A stretch of DNA of 9,027 nucleotides from Selaginella moellendorffii. Taxonomy: Eukaryota; Plantae; Lycopodiophyta. This document shows, piece after piece, positions 6,880 through 9,027 of this stretch (positions within the stretch are counted from its first letter, which is position 1; every line of letters begins with the position of its first letter). The stretch spans positions 1 to 9,027 of the forward strand of contig NW_003314618.1 of the NCBI RefSeq assembly GCF_000143415.4, written 5' to 3'. The notes under the pieces are model-generated. The model was not told the origin of the DNA, ran no database searches, and was given only the letters and a program-made list of their open reading frames with translations. A program made the translations under genes and the position numbers.

Positions 6880-7199
6880 TCCATAATTCCAAAGCAACAA
6901 TGGTGATTCATTCACTGCCATCCAACATGTCATACACACCAATAGCTATTTGTAGTGTACCTTGTGGACTAAGGCAGAACTCTACATCACTATTGCCTTG
7001 GATCTAGGTTGGTGCTAATGAAATGGCTTTTGTTCTTAGGGAGGCTCAAATCTTAAGCCAAGTAAAGTAGGTTAAACTCACTATAATTAATTAATTTCTG
7101 CATTAGTATGTTCAAGGCCTAGATTTGTTTCTGCATCAGCATGTTTAAGGTTGTTATGAGTATGAATATGAGCTTATGTTAGTGCCAATAACTAGAGAC
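6880..7199 (+). pseudogene. Hsp110/SSE-type Hsp70 pseudogene, probable segment 3 (beta substrate-binding subdomain)
   Basis: SIIPK at 6880 (cf. IVFPKG), LPS at 6915 (cf. IPS), QVK*VKL at 7059 and LH at 7098 (cf. KVKVRLNLHG), and VSASACLRLL/EYEYELMLVPITRD at 7127-7199 (cf. VSVESATLLEEEEVEVPVTKE). These are the motifs expected next after segment 2, but they are weaker than those in segment 2. Confidence 0.5.
7095..7150 (+). repeat. 23-bp direct repeat, 33-bp period
   Basis: TTTCTGCATTAGTATGTTCAAGG and TTTCTGCATCAGCATGTTTAAGG; 3 differences, all C/T. Confidence 0.6.
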
Positions 7200-7229
7200 A
7201 GCTAATGATATATGCCTCTTAATACATCA

Positions 7230-7610
7230 TGAAGTCAAGGGATACTTGCTAAGGAGGAAGTTATGTTTGATAAATGAAATGAAATAACCTATTTGGTGTG
7301 AATTCAAACTTAGGGTAAAAAGTACATGGGAATAAATTGGATAAATCTAAAACAATTTCTTAGAGATTCTCACTCATTTCTAGTGATTAAACATAATTGT
7401 GGTGTACTAAAATCCCTAGAGAAGGAACCCTAAACTCCAAAGGGCTGTGTTCTTGTTCAAGGAATATCTTGATTTATACATTGAAAGTGTGGGAGCATGT
7501 TAGATGCTCACAAAGCTTTAGACAGGATGAGAGATCATAGTGTTATTGTGTGAACTCCTTTGATGATGAGATACTAAGAGAACTATGAAGGAGAACATTC
7601 TTTGGGGTTT
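7230..7610 (+). pseudogene. PLS-class pentatricopeptide repeat (PPR) gene fragment, decayed
   Basis: Frame 3 from 7485 reads KCGSMLDAHKALDRMRDHSVIV*TPLMMRY*ENYEGEHSL, matching the PLS consensus KCGS..DAR.VFDRM...DVV.WT.LI.GY.ENG.G..AL (TGA at 7551 in place of TGG). Upstream DSHSFLVIKHNCGVLKSLEK resembles an L motif, and VMFDK*...LV*I resembles an earlier repeat. Confidence 0.75.
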
Positions 7611-7837
7611 AATGGCCTCCACTTCCCCCTTTTTTATTGCCACCTTTTAAGTCAGCTTGAGTCAATTATCAATTACTTAAATTTGTTCTAGTATCTAAAG
7701 TTATAAAATAAAATATATTTTTTATTCTACTATAATAGCATTATTCTGATTGTATAGCTTAATATGACTTAAAGTTTAACATTACTAATTTGGGTGTGAT
7801 GCAAGGAGTGAGGAGTGGGTATGGAAAGCCATGTAAG

Positions 7838-8068
7838 AGAGGGAGGTGCTAGATATCCCATTCTTTATCATGGAAGAACAAGGACAAGGGTGTAAATTTT
7901 TTACTTTAGACTTCTTGGGATGTCACTCAATCTAATACTATTTAAACCCAAAAGAGGGAAGTGTTGGATATTCCATTCTTTATCACGGAAGAATATGGAC
8001 TAAAGTGTAAATTTCTAACTTTGGATTTCTCAAGAGGTTACCTAGCTCAATATTATCCAAACCCAAGA
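7838..8068 (+). repeat. 115-bp ungapped tandem duplication (2 copies, about 74% identical)
   Basis: Sequence from 7847 (TGCTAGATATCCCATTCTTTATCATGGAAGAA...) aligns to sequence from 7962 (TGTTGGATATTCCATTCTTTATCACGGAAGAA...) with 28 mismatches in 107 nt by hand count, 24 of them transitions. Confidence 0.88.
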
Positions 8069-8199
8069 ACACTTGTAAGTATCCCAAATTTTTTAATCAA
8101 TTGGAAAAAAGAATGTACTTTTGTTCATAGGCCTTTTCCTTTTATATTTAAACCTTTATAGATTATTTCTTAAGTTATTTTCTTTGGTTGTTTATATAC

Positions 8200-8890
8200 G
8201 GCAATGACAAAGTTTATAAGGTTCGATAAAAGCTTTCAAGGCACCATCTAAGATATTTTGAACACTCAAACCAAGACATATCTCAGCAGCATCGATACCT
8301 TATCGTAGGTGATCTTCTCTTCATAGCTCTCATGAATGCTAGCCACTTTTCGAAAAGTGCTAAACCTTACAATAATTAGTTGATTCTAGATAGTTTGCAA
8401 GATACAACATGATAGATAAATGTCCAAACCCAAATACTCATTGATATAATAGCATCTATTTGTAGTCTAGAATAGAAGAGTGTTTCAACACAAAACTGCA
8501 ATGTCTAGACAAAGAGCAGAAGGATCATCACACTCATTGACAATCAACTCACTTGTTGTAGCAAATAGAGTATAACAAATACATCCACACATGGATCAAA
8601 AGGAAGACCACATTGTCATCACTTAGGAGCTATATTGCTTTCCTCCAATGCAGAAAGAATGTGCTCTCATTACACCAACTCAATGCTCATGGATAAAATG
8701 AAATCAAGTAATAGCTTTACATTGTTGCCATATGTAAGAGCCTCAAAGCCAAGTCCCATGTTCAATGTCTCCGAGCTGCTAGACTACCTATAGAGCCCAT
8801 GAGATCTATGAAGCATAAGACTAGATTGGCTATATTCCTTCAAGTGGACCTATGCATGATCAAGTTTACAGCCAATTGTTGGGACCAAGG
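8200..8890 (+). mobile_element. Decayed Ty3/gypsy integrase (end of core, GPY/F module, possible chromodomain)
   Basis: Frame 1 at 8641-8787 reads SSNAERMCSHYTNSMLMDKMKSSNSFTLLPYVRASKPSPMFNVSELLDY. SHYTNS (tct cat tac acc aac tca) reverts to PRYTGP by transitions alone, and is followed by N.F.L.P...P.FNVS.L..Y. Upstream TKFIRF...QGT...TQT and AKPYNN resemble core motifs. Downstream EP...KHKTR, YSFKW and NCWD resemble a chromodomain. Confidence 0.55.
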
Positions 8891-9027
8891 ACATCCAACC
8901 TCACTCTAACTCAACAAGTTTGTAATATGAAAAATTGGGAGATTGTCCTTGCATATGGCCAATAATGCTCTTGCCACATTTATCAAACATTGCAACTAGC
9001 TATACATGATCCAAGTGATCATCATTG

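Noticed and set aside
7961-8161. 66-aa ORF overlapping the 115-bp repeat
   Set aside because: GTG start, the repeat period is not a multiple of three, and the other copy has a stop in the equivalent frame.
1-9027. CRISPR array, rRNA/tRNA genes or prokaryotic operon structure
   Set aside because: Repeats occur only in pairs with no spacer array, and no structural RNA gene is recognisable. Spliceosomal introns show the DNA is eukaryotic.

Overview
Eukaryotic land-plant genomic DNA. The 45-64 nt introns and a PLS-type PPR relic suggest a compact genome such as Selaginella, but that is inference. Bases 1-741 (- strand) hold the first four exons of a GC-rich meiotic SPO11-2 gene, which includes the catalytic Tyr and needs one or two GC-AG introns; the gene runs off the window start. 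From about 800 onward the DNA is AT-rich and dominated by relics eroded by C>T/G>A changes. A dead Hsp110/SSE-type Hsp70 gene (+) starts about 200 bp from the SPO11-2 ATG and survives in three collinear pieces (946-1358, 3780-5022, 6880-7199). Its first gap is a 2.4 kb non-autonomous LTR element with short LTRs, a tRNA-Ala-like PBS, a PPT and two convergent non-gag/pol ORF relics. Its second gap holds the only complete intact gene: an intronless, very AT-rich 310-aa secreted protein that fuses an unrecognised ~130-aa domain to a C-terminal GNA/bulb-type lectin domain. A PPR pseudogene fragment, a 115-bp tandem duplication and a decayed Ty3/gypsy integrase (possibly with a chromodomain) follow. 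All protein comparisons were made by eye against remembered family motifs, not by database search.
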